A stretch of DNA of 64,000 nucleotides from an uncultured Desulfobulbia bacterium (GTDB lineage: Bacteria; Desulfobacterota; Desulfobulbia; Desulfobulbales; SURF-16): the NCBI GenBank assembly GCA_964653055.1, contig CAZZCA010000007.1, positions 11,361 to 75,360 on the forward strand, in the 5' to 3' direction. The translations under genes were made by a program, and so were the position numbers. The notes beneath the pieces are model-generated. The model did no database searches and was not told the origin of the DNA. It saw only the letters and a list, made by a program, of their open reading frames with translations. This document shows positions 8,974 through 17,778 of this stretch, one piece after another; the stretch's first letter is position 1; each line of letters starts with the position of its first letter.

Positions 8974-10245
8974 TCAGCCTGTTTGCATTATATAGAGGTT
9001 GCCCTTAATCCATTTCCCTTTTTCCTTGCGGATATTGGCAGGCCGGCATTCGAGCACTTTAAAGCCGGCCTCGTCGGCCAGCTTTCGGATATAGCTCTCA
9101 GCGTGGGCGTAGCGTCCTGTTGCCTGCAGGGTGAAGCCGCCCTTACCTTTTTCGGTGGAAAATAAAAAGACGCTTTCCGGCTGGCTTTTTTTCTGTACCG
9201 CCTTAAACACCGGAGCCAGATCCCCCAGATAGACAAAGACATCTGTTGCCAGGAAGAGATTATAGTTTTGCTGGCAGCTGTTTAAAAAAGATGTGATTTC
9301 ACCTTGAAAAATCTCATCATAGATGTTCTTGGCTTCGGCCTGACCGAGCATCTCGGTTGACAGGTCAATCCCGGTAAAGTCGGTAACCAGGTGGCGGAAT
9401 GCCGCCCCGGAAAGACCGGTGCCACAGCCAAGATCCACTCCCTTTGTAAAATTTTCAGTCTCCGGCAGATGATCGTTTAATAGATCCCGGAGCATGGCCG
9501 GTGTGTTGTAGGCCAGGTTTTCGGTCATGGTCTGGTCATAATCGGTAAAGGAATCAAAGACCTCCTGGACATAGGTTGGCGGGGCAGTTTCCGGAGTCTC
9601 TCCCCGGAGGGCCGCCATCATGTATTGGGCTGCTTCCCGTTCGGGATCCAGCTCTGCCACCTTCTGGTAATGGGTCAGTGCCTTTTCCCGGTTGCCCTGG
9701 CGATGGTGGAGATAGGCCAGATTATTATGGGCTGAGACATGGACGGGGTCAATGTTGACGGCCTGTTCCAGGGTGGTTATTGCTTTTGTCGGATCGGCCA
9801 TCTCCTTATAGACCATAGCCAGATTATAAAGGGCGCCGGTGTCATCAGGGGTCAGTTCCAGTACCTGGTGGTAGGTGTCTGCCGCCTCTTTAAGCTCTCC
9901 GGCCTCTTTTAAGGCTATGGCCAGGTTGAAGCAGATATCCGGATCTTCCGGTTCAAGGTCACGGGCTCTGCCATAGCTGGAGGCTGCCTCCTGGAATCTG
10001 TTTTGCTCAAAGAGCAGAACCCCGGCATTATAATGGGCTGGAGCCATTGTCGGTGCCAGCTCGCCGGCCTTTAGAAAGCCGGCAAGAGCGTTTTTGTTTT
10101 CTCCCATGCCCAGGAGGGCCATGGCCAGCAGGTAATGGGCCACTGGGTTTTCCGGCTCTTCTTTAATAGTCTGTTGGCAGAGGTCCATGGCCTCGGCAGC
10201 TTTGTTTTCTTCCAGAAGGTTGAGGATATTTTCAATACTGGTCAT
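8974..10245 (-). CDS. TPR-repeat protein fused to class I SAM-dependent methyltransferase
   Basis: N-terminal TPR units ('AHYNAGVLLFEQNRFQEAASSYGRARDLEPED' and others); C-terminal 'VDLGCGTGLSG' SAM motif I. Confidence 0.8.
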   Translation of the reverse strand: MTSIENILNLLEENKAAEAMDLCQQTIKEEPENPVAHYLLAMALLGMGENKNALAGFLKAGELAPTMAPAHYNAGVLLFEQNRFQEAASSYGRARDLEPEDPDICFNLAIALKEAGELKEAADTYHQVLELTPDDTGALYNLAMVYKEMADPTKAITTLEQAVNIDPVHVSAHNNLAYLHHRQGNREKALTHYQKVAELDPEREAAQYMMAALRGETPETAPPTYVQEVFDSFTDYDQTMTENLAYNTPAMLRDLLNDHLPETENFTKGVDLGCGTGLSGAAFRHLVTDFTGIDLSTEMLGQAEAKNIYDEIFQGEITSFLNSCQQNYNLFLATDVFVYLGDLAPVFKAVQKKSQPESVFLFSTEKGKGGFTLQATGRYAHAESYIRKLADEAGFKVLECRPANIRKEKGKWIKGNLYIMQTG

Positions 10246-10336
10246 AATTTCGTTATCTTGTATGGGGGGTGTCTGTTTTTTGGGAAGCTGCCATTAAACC
10301 AGAAAAAATATATTTTGGCGAGGCCGGCTGGTGGTG

Positions 10337-10924
10337 CTATTTTCTGATGGAATCAAAATAAACGGTGATTTCCCGGGCCAGGTGCCGGTTGTCGATGAGA
10401 AGGGATAATTCGTTATTATAGGCCAGGGCCGAGTGGGTAAAGTTGTGGCTGCCGATAAAGCAATAACGCCGGTCAATTACCACGGCCTTGGTATGGGTGG
10501 TGGTTTTTTCCGAATCAAATACCACCTTGATTCTCCGGCGCCGCAGCTTGCGGGCGGTTTTCTGGTTTTCTTTGTTCAGGCCGTCATCGTAGCCTGATTT
10601 TTCCAGGATGACCCTGATCATTACCCCGCGTTTTCTCGCTTTGATTAATTCCTTAACCAGAAGAGCAGCCTTATTCTTAGGCGATGTGGTTATTTTGAAG
10701 ATATACATGCTAATATCAATGCTGCGCTCGGCCCGGCGGATAAAGTCCACCAGGGTTTGAAAGTATTCCTTGTCTGCCAGCATGATTACCTGGGCCCGGC
10801 GGACGGTGATGGCGCCGGGGTCAAAGGGGTTGCTGGCTTCCCTTGCCCCATGGCTAGGCACGGGAGACAGGGTCAGGCAGGTTGTAATTAGAAAATTTAT
10901 GAAAAAAATATTTCCCGGTTTCAT
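10337..10924 (-). CDS. Secreted phospholipase D-family (Nuc-like, single HKD) protein
   Basis: Signal peptide 'MKPGNIFFINFLITTCLTLSPVPSHGA'; HKD motif 'HTKAVVIDRRYCFIGSHNFT'. Confidence 0.8.
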   Translation of the reverse strand: MKPGNIFFINFLITTCLTLSPVPSHGAREASNPFDPGAITVRRAQVIMLADKEYFQTLVDFIRRAERSIDISMYIFKITTSPKNKAALLVKELIKARKRGVMIRVILEKSGYDDGLNKENQKTARKLRRRRIKVVFDSEKTTTHTKAVVIDRRYCFIGSHNFTHSALAYNNELSLLIDNRHLAREITVYFDSIRK

Positions 10925-11017
10925 CTTAAACTCCTCCCCCTACTTGCTCCTTTAGCTGACAATGATTATTGTAGCAGAAATTAATTAGTCTATTTATTTT
11001 TTTGGAGGAACATACTC

Positions 11018-11974
11018 ATGCTACAGACACCGGCTGTCAGTACCCGATTCTCGTTATTAATTATATTTTTTGCCACTTTCTTTGTGATGACAGAGCTGGT
11101 GGAGGAGGTTAATGCCCGTTCCCGGGGGGGTGGCCGTTCTTTTGGCGGCAGTCGTTCCTTTTCCCGGCAGGCACCGCGCAAGGCTCCGGTTCAGCGTAAT
11201 TTTGCTCGAAGCACCAAGCCGTCTACTCCCCGATCTGGTGGTTTCATGTCTGGTGGTTTCATGCGTTCTATGGCCGGCGGTATTGCCGGTGGTTTTCTTG
11301 GCAGCATGCTTTTTAGTGGCCTTGCCCATGGTGGTATGGGGGGGGGAGGGGGCTTTGGCGGCTCAGGTATCGGTTTGATTGAGATCCTGCTCTTTGGCGG
11401 GATTATCTATTTTCTCTTTAAGCGTTTTTCCAGGCGCCGGGCCACGGTTGATCCAGGGTATGGCGGCTATTCCCAGCCGGATTTCACTTCCCCCAATGCA
11501 GCTTCTGCTGCTGCATCGGCAGACCCTGTGGAGTCGGCCCTTGCTGAAATACAGGCCAATGACCCGGAGTTTGATCCGGACTGGTTCAAGGAAGTGGCCC
11601 AGGATGTCTTTTTTAAGATTCAGGCCGGCTGGATGCGGCGGGATCTGTCTACCTATGACCATCTTCTTGGTGAGACCCTGGCTGGTGAGTATGCCGGTCA
11701 TTTTGCCGAGATGAAGGCCAGGGGTCAATTGAATAAACTGGAGAATATCGCTGTTCGGCGGGTGGAGATTGTTGATGCAGGTATGGAGTCAGGCTATGAG
11801 TTCATCATTATTGAATTTGTCGCTAATCTGCTCGACTATATGGTTGATGAAAAGAGCGGCGAGGTTATCTCCGGAGATTCCACCGAGCCGGTTAAGTTTA
11901 ATGAAGAATGGACCTTTGCCCGCAAGGTAGGGGAGAAGAATTGGCTCCTGGAGGCAATTAAGGAAAAGGAATAA
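11018..11974 (+). CDS. Tim44-like domain membrane protein with Gly-rich N-terminal region
   Basis: SD GGAGG upstream; Gly-rich 'GGMGGGGGFGGSGIG', TM 'LIEILLFGGIIYFLF', C-terminal 'DPEFDPDWFKEVAQDVFFKIQAGWMRRDL' typical of bacterial Tim44-like proteins. Confidence 0.7.
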   Translation: MLQTPAVSTRFSLLIIFFATFFVMTELVEEVNARSRGGGRSFGGSRSFSRQAPRKAPVQRNFARSTKPSTPRSGGFMSGGFMRSMAGGIAGGFLGSMLFSGLAHGGMGGGGGFGGSGIGLIEILLFGGIIYFLFKRFSRRRATVDPGYGGYSQPDFTSPNAASAAASADPVESALAEIQANDPEFDPDWFKEVAQDVFFKIQAGWMRRDLSTYDHLLGETLAGEYAGHFAEMKARGQLNKLENIAVRRVEIVDAGMESGYEFIIIEFVANLLDYMVDEKSGEVISGDSTEPVKFNEEWTFARKVGEKNWLLEAIKEKE

Positions 11975-11992
11975 TCATCCATCTTTCCAATA

Positions 11993-12029
11993 AAAACGGC
12001 AGGGCCATCTGGCTCTGCCGTTTTTGTTT
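11993..12029 (+). terminator. Rho-independent terminator after the Tim44-like gene
   Basis: 10-bp stem CGGCAGGGCC / GGCTCTGCCG (one G.U) with ATCT loop, followed by TTTTTGTTT; flanked upstream by an A-run. Confidence 0.85.
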
Positions 12030-12210
12030 CGTCCTTATTGAAAAACCTCAAATGCCGCTTTATTCTTGCCAGACTTTTGCTGTCATTGCTGATGGTCAGC
12101 CAACCGCCACTCCCTGTTCACTCCCACTCCTCACTGTTTCCTACCCGCCCTGAGGCTGGTTGGTCTGGTGACAAACTGACTTCCGGCGCCCTTGCGGGGC
12201 GAATATGTAA

Positions 12211-13938
12211 TTAAGCTGACGGCCACCAGTCAACTCCCATGCGGGAGATGCAGTTGAATCCACCTCCCAGGACCAGGGTGTTGCTAAGCCCTGCACTGTC
12301 CAGAAAGACCTGGATCTCGTAAGAACGGGTGCCGGCATCACAGATGATGATCAGGGTTTTGTCTTTGGGCAGTTCCTGATAACGCTCCCGGACCTCGTGG
12401 TAAACCATGGGCAGCCAGATATCGCCGAATATCTCCTTGAAGGCGCCGGCCTCTTTCGGGTGACGTATATCAAGAGCCAGCCAATCTCCTTGGCTTGCCG
12501 GATCGGCCATCCAGGCAAGATAATTGTCAATACTTACATTGCGCTGCCGGTTTGCTGTCATATTGTCAGCAACATTGGCGGCTGAGTTCAATGCATCGAT
12601 GGCAGTAGCAAAGGGCGGGGCATAGGCCATCTCCAGGGTGCTGAAGTCGTCGATGCTGCCGCCTTGGGCAATGAGAGCTGCGCTGGCATTGATCCGGGCC
12701 AGAACGGCATCGGTCATGGTGCCGAAGGCCTGAACTCCCAGAACCCGACGGCTGCTGCGGTCAAAGACCAGTTGCAGGGGGATTTTGGTTTCAGTGGGGA
12801 AGAAATGGGCCCGGTCCGAGGCGGCGGTTATGGCGGCATCTGCATCAAATCCTTCGTTTAAGGCGGTTTGCAGGCTGATGCCGGTGGCGCCGATACATGT
12901 CTCAAAGGCCTTCATGATGAAGCTGCCCACAACCCCGTTTAGGGTGGAAGGGATATCGGCCAGATTGTCACCGACAATCCGTCCTTCCCGGTTGGCCAGA
13001 GAGCCTAAGGGGGCAAAGGTCTTTTTGCCGGTAACCAGGTTATTACTTTCCACACAGTCACCAGCGGCGTAAATGGCAGGGTCAGAGGTCTGCATCCGGT
13101 TATTGACTACAATGCATCCCATGGGCGAGATCAACAGACCGGCCTCTTTAGCCAGTTGGCTCCGGGGGCGAACTCCGGCAGCCATAACCACAAGGTCGGT
13201 GTCAATGGATCTTTTATCGGTAATGACCCGACAGACCCGACCCTGGTCGTCTGCTTCAAAGCTCTGGGCTCCTTCCCCCGTATATATTGATACATTATTT
13301 TTCTCCATATGGCGCTGGAGCATGGTGGCAAAATAATTATCAACGGTCTGGGGCAGGAGCTGATCCATGAATTCAACCACCGAGGTTTCCACTCCCCAGA
13401 GATCAGCAAAGGCTTCGGCCATCTCCAGGCCAATGGCACCACCGCCGATGATCACTGCCCGGCCTACTTCGCCTCTGGCAAGTTTTTCCTTGATGGTGAT
13501 GGCCTTATGGAGGTCGCTGATGGTGTAAACCCCCTCCAGGTCGGCCCCGGGCAGGGGTAGGACAAAGGGCTGGCTGCCGGTGGCAATTACCAGTTTATCG
13601 TAGGAGAGCTCTTCTTCTTTTTTGCTCAGGATATTTAACACTTTCACCTTTTTTGCCTGGCGGTCAATGGCCAGAGCCCGGGTGGAAGTCTTGACATTGA
13701 CCCCTTTGGCCTTGAGGAAAAAGGATTCATCACGGGTCATGTGGAAGCTTGTCTTGCGCAGCTGATCCTCGTCACTTACATCTCCGGAGATGTAATAGGG
13801 AATTCCGCAGCCACCGTAGGAAATTAAAGAGTCCTGGTCAACAATGGTTACTTCGGCATGAGGGCTTAGTCTTTTGACTCGGCATGCGGCCTTGGGCCCG
13901 GCTGCCACCCCACCGATAATCAGAATTTTCTCGCTCAT
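12211..13938 (-). CDS. FAD-dependent pyridine nucleotide-disulfide oxidoreductase (CoA-disulfide reductase/NADH oxidase family) fused to a C-terminal rhodanese domain; NADH:polysulfide-reductase-like
   Basis: 'KILIIGGVAAGPKAA' FAD fold, redox Cys 'SYGGCGIPYY', 'AVIIGGGAIGLEMAEAF' NAD(P)H fold, C-terminal rhodanese loop 'IICDAGTRSYE' (CxxGxR). Confidence 0.85.
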   Translation of the reverse strand: MSEKILIIGGVAAGPKAACRVKRLSPHAEVTIVDQDSLISYGGCGIPYYISGDVSDEDQLRKTSFHMTRDESFFLKAKGVNVKTSTRALAIDRQAKKVKVLNILSKKEEELSYDKLVIATGSQPFVLPLPGADLEGVYTISDLHKAITIKEKLARGEVGRAVIIGGGAIGLEMAEAFADLWGVETSVVEFMDQLLPQTVDNYFATMLQRHMEKNNVSIYTGEGAQSFEADDQGRVCRVITDKRSIDTDLVVMAAGVRPRSQLAKEAGLLISPMGCIVVNNRMQTSDPAIYAAGDCVESNNLVTGKKTFAPLGSLANREGRIVGDNLADIPSTLNGVVGSFIMKAFETCIGATGISLQTALNEGFDADAAITAASDRAHFFPTETKIPLQLVFDRSSRRVLGVQAFGTMTDAVLARINASAALIAQGGSIDDFSTLEMAYAPPFATAIDALNSAANVADNMTANRQRNVSIDNYLAWMADPASQGDWLALDIRHPKEAGAFKEIFGDIWLPMVYHEVRERYQELPKDKTLIIICDAGTRSYEIQVFLDSAGLSNTLVLGGGFNCISRMGVDWWPSA

Positions 13939-14048
13939 TTATATCTCCCTGAAAAATTAAATTGGATTACAGCCAAAAATGAAAAGGTTATCCGAAACAG
14001 TGGTCCACTGTCAATATGACCGGCTGTTTAGTTTTTTGCTTAAATTTC

Positions 14049-14090
14049 TTGACACAGCCGTGATTAGGCCATATTGTGTATATGCACAAT
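14049..14090 (+). promoter_or_regulatory. Candidate promoter (TTGACA-N17-TATTGT) with overlapping palindrome ATTGTG-N6-CACAAT
   Basis: TTGACA 14049-14054, TATTGT 14072-14077; inverted repeat ATTGTG (14073-14078) / CACAAT (14085-14090). Lies about 80 nt upstream of the nifX-like ATG at 14172. Confidence 0.45.
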
Positions 14091-14171
14091 ATGCTATTGT
14101 CTGTTTATCAGGTCAAGCTGAATAATGCCAGTTCCCGGTTTAATAAATTTTATTTAATTACGGAGATAAAT

Positions 14172-14567
14172 ATGAAAACCATGAAAATAGCAATTCCATC
14201 AAATAAACCCGGTGGTATGGATGCCGTAAGGTCAGATCATTTTGGTCATGCCGATCTCTTTACTGTGGTCATGGTGGAAGAGAATAAGGTGGTTGATGTG
14301 GATGCTTTAGAGCAGGTTGAGCACGAGGCAGGCGGGTGCATGCTGCCGGTGCGGATGCTTAAGGAGAATAAGGTTGATGCCCTGGTGGTGGGCGGTCTTG
14401 GTCGGGGTCCGATGAAAGGATTAAGCGAGGCCGGGGTAAAGGTTTATTTTGCTAATATAGCACAATGCGCCGATGTGCAGTCTGCGGTGGATATGCTGCT
14501 GGCCGATCAACTGCCCCTGATGCACATGGATCAGGTCTGTACCGGCAGCGGCAATTGTCACCATTAA
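14172..14567 (+). CDS. NifX/NifB-C-terminal-like (dinitrogenase FeMo-cofactor-binding fold) domain protein
   Basis: 'MKIAIPSNKPGG..VRSDHFGHADLFTVV...KVDALVVGGLGRGPMKGLSEAGVKVY'. ORF-track start 14076 lies inside the promoter/palindrome; ATG at 14172 follows GGAG ('acggagataaatATG'). Confidence 0.75.
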   Translation: MKTMKIAIPSNKPGGMDAVRSDHFGHADLFTVVMVEENKVVDVDALEQVEHEAGGCMLPVRMLKENKVDALVVGGLGRGPMKGLSEAGVKVYFANIAQCADVQSAVDMLLADQLPLMHMDQVCTGSGNCHH

Positions 14568-14926
14568 ACAGCTTTGTTCGGGTCCATGGCTGGCAGGATG
14601 CAGGTTTTTGATCCATCCTCCACGAAGATAAGGGCTGCACCTTCCACCAGGGCCCGGGCTATTTTTTGGCGGGCAGAGGCAAGCATCCTTTGCACTGTCC
14701 CGCGGGAAACCCCCATCTGGGCGCCTGCCTCGGCCTGGGTAAGGCCCTCTTTGTCACAGAGACGAATAGCTTCAAGTTCATCATGGAATAGGTTGATTTT
14801 TTCCAGCTGGTTCATTGGAATGCGTACCGGTTTGAACGCCTGGTCGCACAGTTTTCCTTCACAGATCCGGCTTTTTTTGGGTCGTCCCATGGGTCTCTTG
14901 GCTGGCAGCGGATTGGTATGCTGCAT
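14564..14926 (-). CDS. DUF134 (UPF0251) family putative DNA-binding protein
   Basis: 'MGRPKKSRIC...FKP..IP......I.L..DELEAIRLCD.EGL.Q.EAA..MGVSRGTVQRML.SAR.K' pattern with sigma70-region-4-like HTH. Shares a TTAA double stop with the nifX-like gene. Confidence 0.75.
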   Translation of the reverse strand: MQHTNPLPAKRPMGRPKKSRICEGKLCDQAFKPVRIPMNQLEKINLFHDELEAIRLCDKEGLTQAEAGAQMGVSRGTVQRMLASARQKIARALVEGAALIFVEDGSKTCILPAMDPNKAV

Positions 14927-15023
14927 ATTATAATGATAGTGGGTTGAATTAGACTTGATTTAGTCTGATTTTTTTATGAAGTAAATAACTTTCAGGCAAA
15001 GAGCTCAGAGTCTTCAATTTTTG

Positions 15024-15058
15024 TTGACAAATCCTTGCGAGATGGATAAGTTCGCAAG
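15024..15058 (+). promoter_or_regulatory. Candidate dsrA promoter (TTGACA-N17-TAAGTT) overlapped by 7-bp inverted repeat CTTGCGA-N11-TCGCAAG
   Basis: TTGACA 15024-15029; TAAGTT 15047-15052; IR arms 15034-15040 and 15052-15058 are perfect reverse complements. About 140 nt upstream of the dsrA ATG. Confidence 0.45.
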
Positions 15059-15196
15059 ACTGAATATCTATTCAGAAAAGTTTATTCTCACCGTGTTGGT
15101 CAACAAAATCACCTGATTGCAGGAGGTTGTGTTGGTTGCTGGTGAAGAGGTTGAGGCATATAAAGATTAACAGAATCCTGAGGAGGAGACAAAAAA

Positions 15197-16477
15197 ATGC
15201 CAAAGCATGACACTCCATTGTTGGATGAATTGGAAAGCGGACCGTGGCCGAGTTTTGTAACAGATATTAAGCGCCAGGCAGAGACTAAGCCCGAATGCTG
15301 GGATATTCTCGGTCAGCTTGAATTGTCTTTTAAAGACAGAATTACTCATTGGAAACACGGCGGTATCGTAGGTGTTTTCGGTTACGGCGGTGGTATCGTG
15401 GGCCGTTATTCCGATATGCCCAAACAGTTCCCCGGCGTTGCCCATTTCCATACCGTTCGTTTGAACCAGCCTTCCAGTAAGTTTTACAGTTCCGCAAAAC
15501 TGCGTGACATCTGTAATCTCTGGGAGAAATACGGTTCTGGTATGACCAATATGCATGGTTCCACCGGTGACTTGGTTCTTCTTGGTACCACCACCGATAA
15601 CCTGGAGCCCCTGTTCTATGAACTGACCCATGATCTGAAGCAGGATCTTGGTGGTTCCGGCTCCAACCTGCGTACCCCTGCCTGCTGTCTCGGTAAGGCT
15701 CGCTGCGAGTGGTCCTGTTATGACACCCAGGCTACATGTCATCACCTGACCATGCATTATCAGGATGAGATTCATCGTCCTGCCTTCCCTTATAAGTTTA
15801 AATTTAAATTCTCCGGTTGTCCCAATGACTGTGTTGCATCCATTGCCCGTTCGGACTTTGCTTTGATCGGTACCTGGAAAGACGACATCCGTATGGATCA
15901 GGATGCAGTTAAGGGTTATATTGCTGGTGATTTCCCGGCCAACGGCGGCGCCCATGCCGGTCGTGACTGGGGTGCGTTTGATATTAAGACTGAGGTTCTT
16001 GACCTCTGTCCCACCGGTTGCATGTCAATGAACGGCGATGAGCTGGTTATTGATAACTCCAACTGTACCCGCTGCATGCATTGTATCAATGTTATGCCAC
16101 GCGCTCTCCGCCCCGGTCTTGAGCAGGGTGCCACCGTATGTGTTGGTGCAAAAGCACCCATCCTTGACGGTGCCCAGTTCGCTACCATGACGATCCCCTT
16201 CATCAAGGTTGATCCTGAGACCGAATTTGAAGAGGTCATCGACGTAATTGAGAGGATCTGGGACTGGTGGATGGAAGTTGGTAAAAACCGTGAGCGTGTT
16301 GGTGAGACCATTATGCGTGTCGGCCTGCCCACCTTCCTCAAGGTTATGGAAGTTGACATTATTCCGCAGAATGTTAAAGAGCCTCGTTCCAACCCCTATG
16401 TCTTCTGGTCTAATGAAGAGGTTCCCGGTGGTTTCGAACGTGATGTTAAAGAGTTCCGTAAGCGTCACGCTCAATAA
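15197..16477 (+). CDS. dsrA: Dissimilatory sulfite reductase alpha subunit
   Basis: 'TPLLDELESGPWPSFVTDIK', 'THWKHGGIVGVFGYGGGIVGRY', 'GVAHFHTVR', 'TNMHGSTGDLVLLGT', ferredoxin-like 'CTRCMHCINVMP'; SD AGGAGGAG upstream. Confidence 0.96.
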   Translation: MPKHDTPLLDELESGPWPSFVTDIKRQAETKPECWDILGQLELSFKDRITHWKHGGIVGVFGYGGGIVGRYSDMPKQFPGVAHFHTVRLNQPSSKFYSSAKLRDICNLWEKYGSGMTNMHGSTGDLVLLGTTTDNLEPLFYELTHDLKQDLGGSGSNLRTPACCLGKARCEWSCYDTQATCHHLTMHYQDEIHRPAFPYKFKFKFSGCPNDCVASIARSDFALIGTWKDDIRMDQDAVKGYIAGDFPANGGAHAGRDWGAFDIKTEVLDLCPTGCMSMNGDELVIDNSNCTRCMHCINVMPRALRPGLEQGATVCVGAKAPILDGAQFATMTIPFIKVDPETEFEEVIDVIERIWDWWMEVGKNRERVGETIMRVGLPTFLKVMEVDIIPQNVKEPRSNPYVFWSNEEVPGGFERDVKEFRKRHAQ

Positions 16478-16542
16478 GAACTGCTCTTTTGCTTTAAGAA
16501 AGGAATATAATTTTTATAATATGATTTACTAGGAGGTTTATT

Positions 16543-17673
16543 ATGGGTTACGATCCAGAAAATCCGATGCAAGATAGAATAACAGATATCGGTCCGCCAC
16601 ATTTTGAGCAGTTTTTCCCACCGGTGGTAAAAAATAACTATGGTAAATGGCTCTATCATGAGATTACCCAGCCTGGCGTTCTCATGCATAAAGGTGAGAG
16701 TGGCGACGAGTGTTATACCGTTCGTGTTGGTGCTGCCCGTCTGATCAGTATTGAGCTGATTCGCGAGATGTGTGACATTGCAGATGCTCATTGTGAAGGC
16801 TTTCTGCGATTCACCACCAGGAATAATGCTGAGTTCATGGTTGATTCTGCCGACAAAGTACAGCCCCTGCTGGACGATCTCGCCAGTCGTGGCAATAAAT
16901 TCCCCGTAGGTGGTACCGGTGCTGGTGTTACCAACATCGTTCATACCCAGGGTTGGGTTCATTGTCATACTCCTGCTACCGATGCTTCCGGTGTTGTTAA
17001 AGCAGTTATGGATGAGCTCTTTGATTACTTCACCAGTATGACCCTGCCGGCTCAGGTTCGTGTTGCTCTGGCCTGTTGTCTGAATATGTGTGGTGCGGTT
17101 CATGCTTCTGATATCGCTATCCTCGGTATCCATCGGAAACCGCCGATGATTGACCATGACGCCATCAGTGGTCTCTGTGAGCTGCCACTTGCTGTTGCTT
17201 CCTGTCCTCTTGGTGCGGTTAAACCCACCAAGGCAACCAACAGTGCCGGTGAAGAGATTAAATCTGTTAAGGTTACTGTTGAGCGTTGTATGTTCTGTGG
17301 TAACTGCTACACCATGTGTCCGGCAATGCCTCTGGCAGATCCGGAAGGTGACGGTATCGCCATTCTTGTTGGTGGTAAAGTATCCAACAGTCGTTCTATG
17401 CCTAAATTCTCTAAACTGGTTATTCCTTTCCTGCCCAACACCACGCCGCGCTGGCCTGAGACTGTTGAAGCAGTTAAGAATATTCTTGAGGTTTATGCTG
17501 CTGACGCTAATAAATATGAGCGTCTGGGCGAGTGGGCTGAGCGGATTGGTTGGGAGAAATTCTTCGAAAAAACCGGCATCCCCTTCACTATCAAGTCTAT
17601 TGATGACTATCGGTTGGCATACGATACCTGGAGAACTTCTACTCAGTTTAAGTTCACTAGTCACATTAAATAA
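16543..17673 (+). CDS. dsrB: Dissimilatory sulfite reductase beta subunit
   Basis: '[20 protein letters not shown]', '[13 protein letters not shown]', '[18 protein letters not shown]', ferredoxin insert '[12 protein letters not shown]'; SD AGGAGG upstream; directly follows dsrA. Confidence 0.96.
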   Translation: MGYDPENPMQDRITDIGPPHFEQFFPPVVKNNYGKWLYHEITQPGVLMHKGESGDECYTVRVGAARLISIELIREMCDIADAHCEGFLRFTTRNNAEFMVDSADKVQPLLDDLASRGNKFPVGGTGAGVTNIVHTQGWVHCHTPATDASGVVKAVMDELFDYFTSMTLPAQVRVALACCLNMCGAVHASDIAILGIHRKPPMIDHDAISGLCELPLAVASCPLGAVKPTKATNSAGEEIKSVKVTVERCMFCGNCYTMCPAMPLADPEGDGIAILVGGKVSNSRSMPKFSKLVIPFLPNTTPRWPETVEAVKNILEVYAADANKYERLGEWAERIGWEKFFEKTGIPFTIKSIDDYRLAYDTWRTSTQFKFTSHIK

Positions 17674-17702
17674 CTCTCAGCCTTTCGGCAGACAGCATCC
17701 AC

Positions 17703-17721
17703 GGGCAGCTTAATGCTGCCC
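17703..17721 (+). other. Perfect 7-bp stem-loop (GGGCAGC-ttaat-GCTGCCC) in the dsrB-dsrD spacer, no T-run
   Basis: Arms 17703-17709 and 17715-17721 are exact complements; followed by CCTGGCTGC, so not a canonical terminator. Confidence 0.6.
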
Positions 17722-17778
17722 CCTGGCTGCTGAATGCTGAAAAGCTTACTCTTTAATCATTAAATAGAGGTAAGTATA

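Noticed and set aside
12108-12136. Three CACTCC repeats (GGAGTG on the minus strand) downstream of the flavoprotein gene, considered as a CsrA/RsmA-titrating sRNA
   Set aside because: There are only about 4 GGA-type motifs, none placed in obvious hairpin loops, and no promoter or terminator brackets them. The evidence is insufficient.
14076-14171. N-terminal extension of the nifX-like ORF (track start 14076)
   Set aside because: The extension starts inside the predicted -10/palindrome, is AT-rich and reads MYMHNMLLSVYQ... The conserved domain begins at MKTMKIAIPS, with ATG 14172 preceded by GGAG.
16471-17664. 397-aa minus-strand ORF covering all of dsrB; also 15167-15955, 15916-16392 and 16025-16474 over dsrA
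   Set aside because: dsrA/dsrB are unambiguous on the plus strand. The 397-aa ORF is in the codon-aligned antisense frame (17662-16543 is divisible by 3). In that frame stops arise only from sense TTA, CTA or TCA codons, which these highly biased genes avoid. Its translation is low-complexity with no motifs. It is a shadow ORF.
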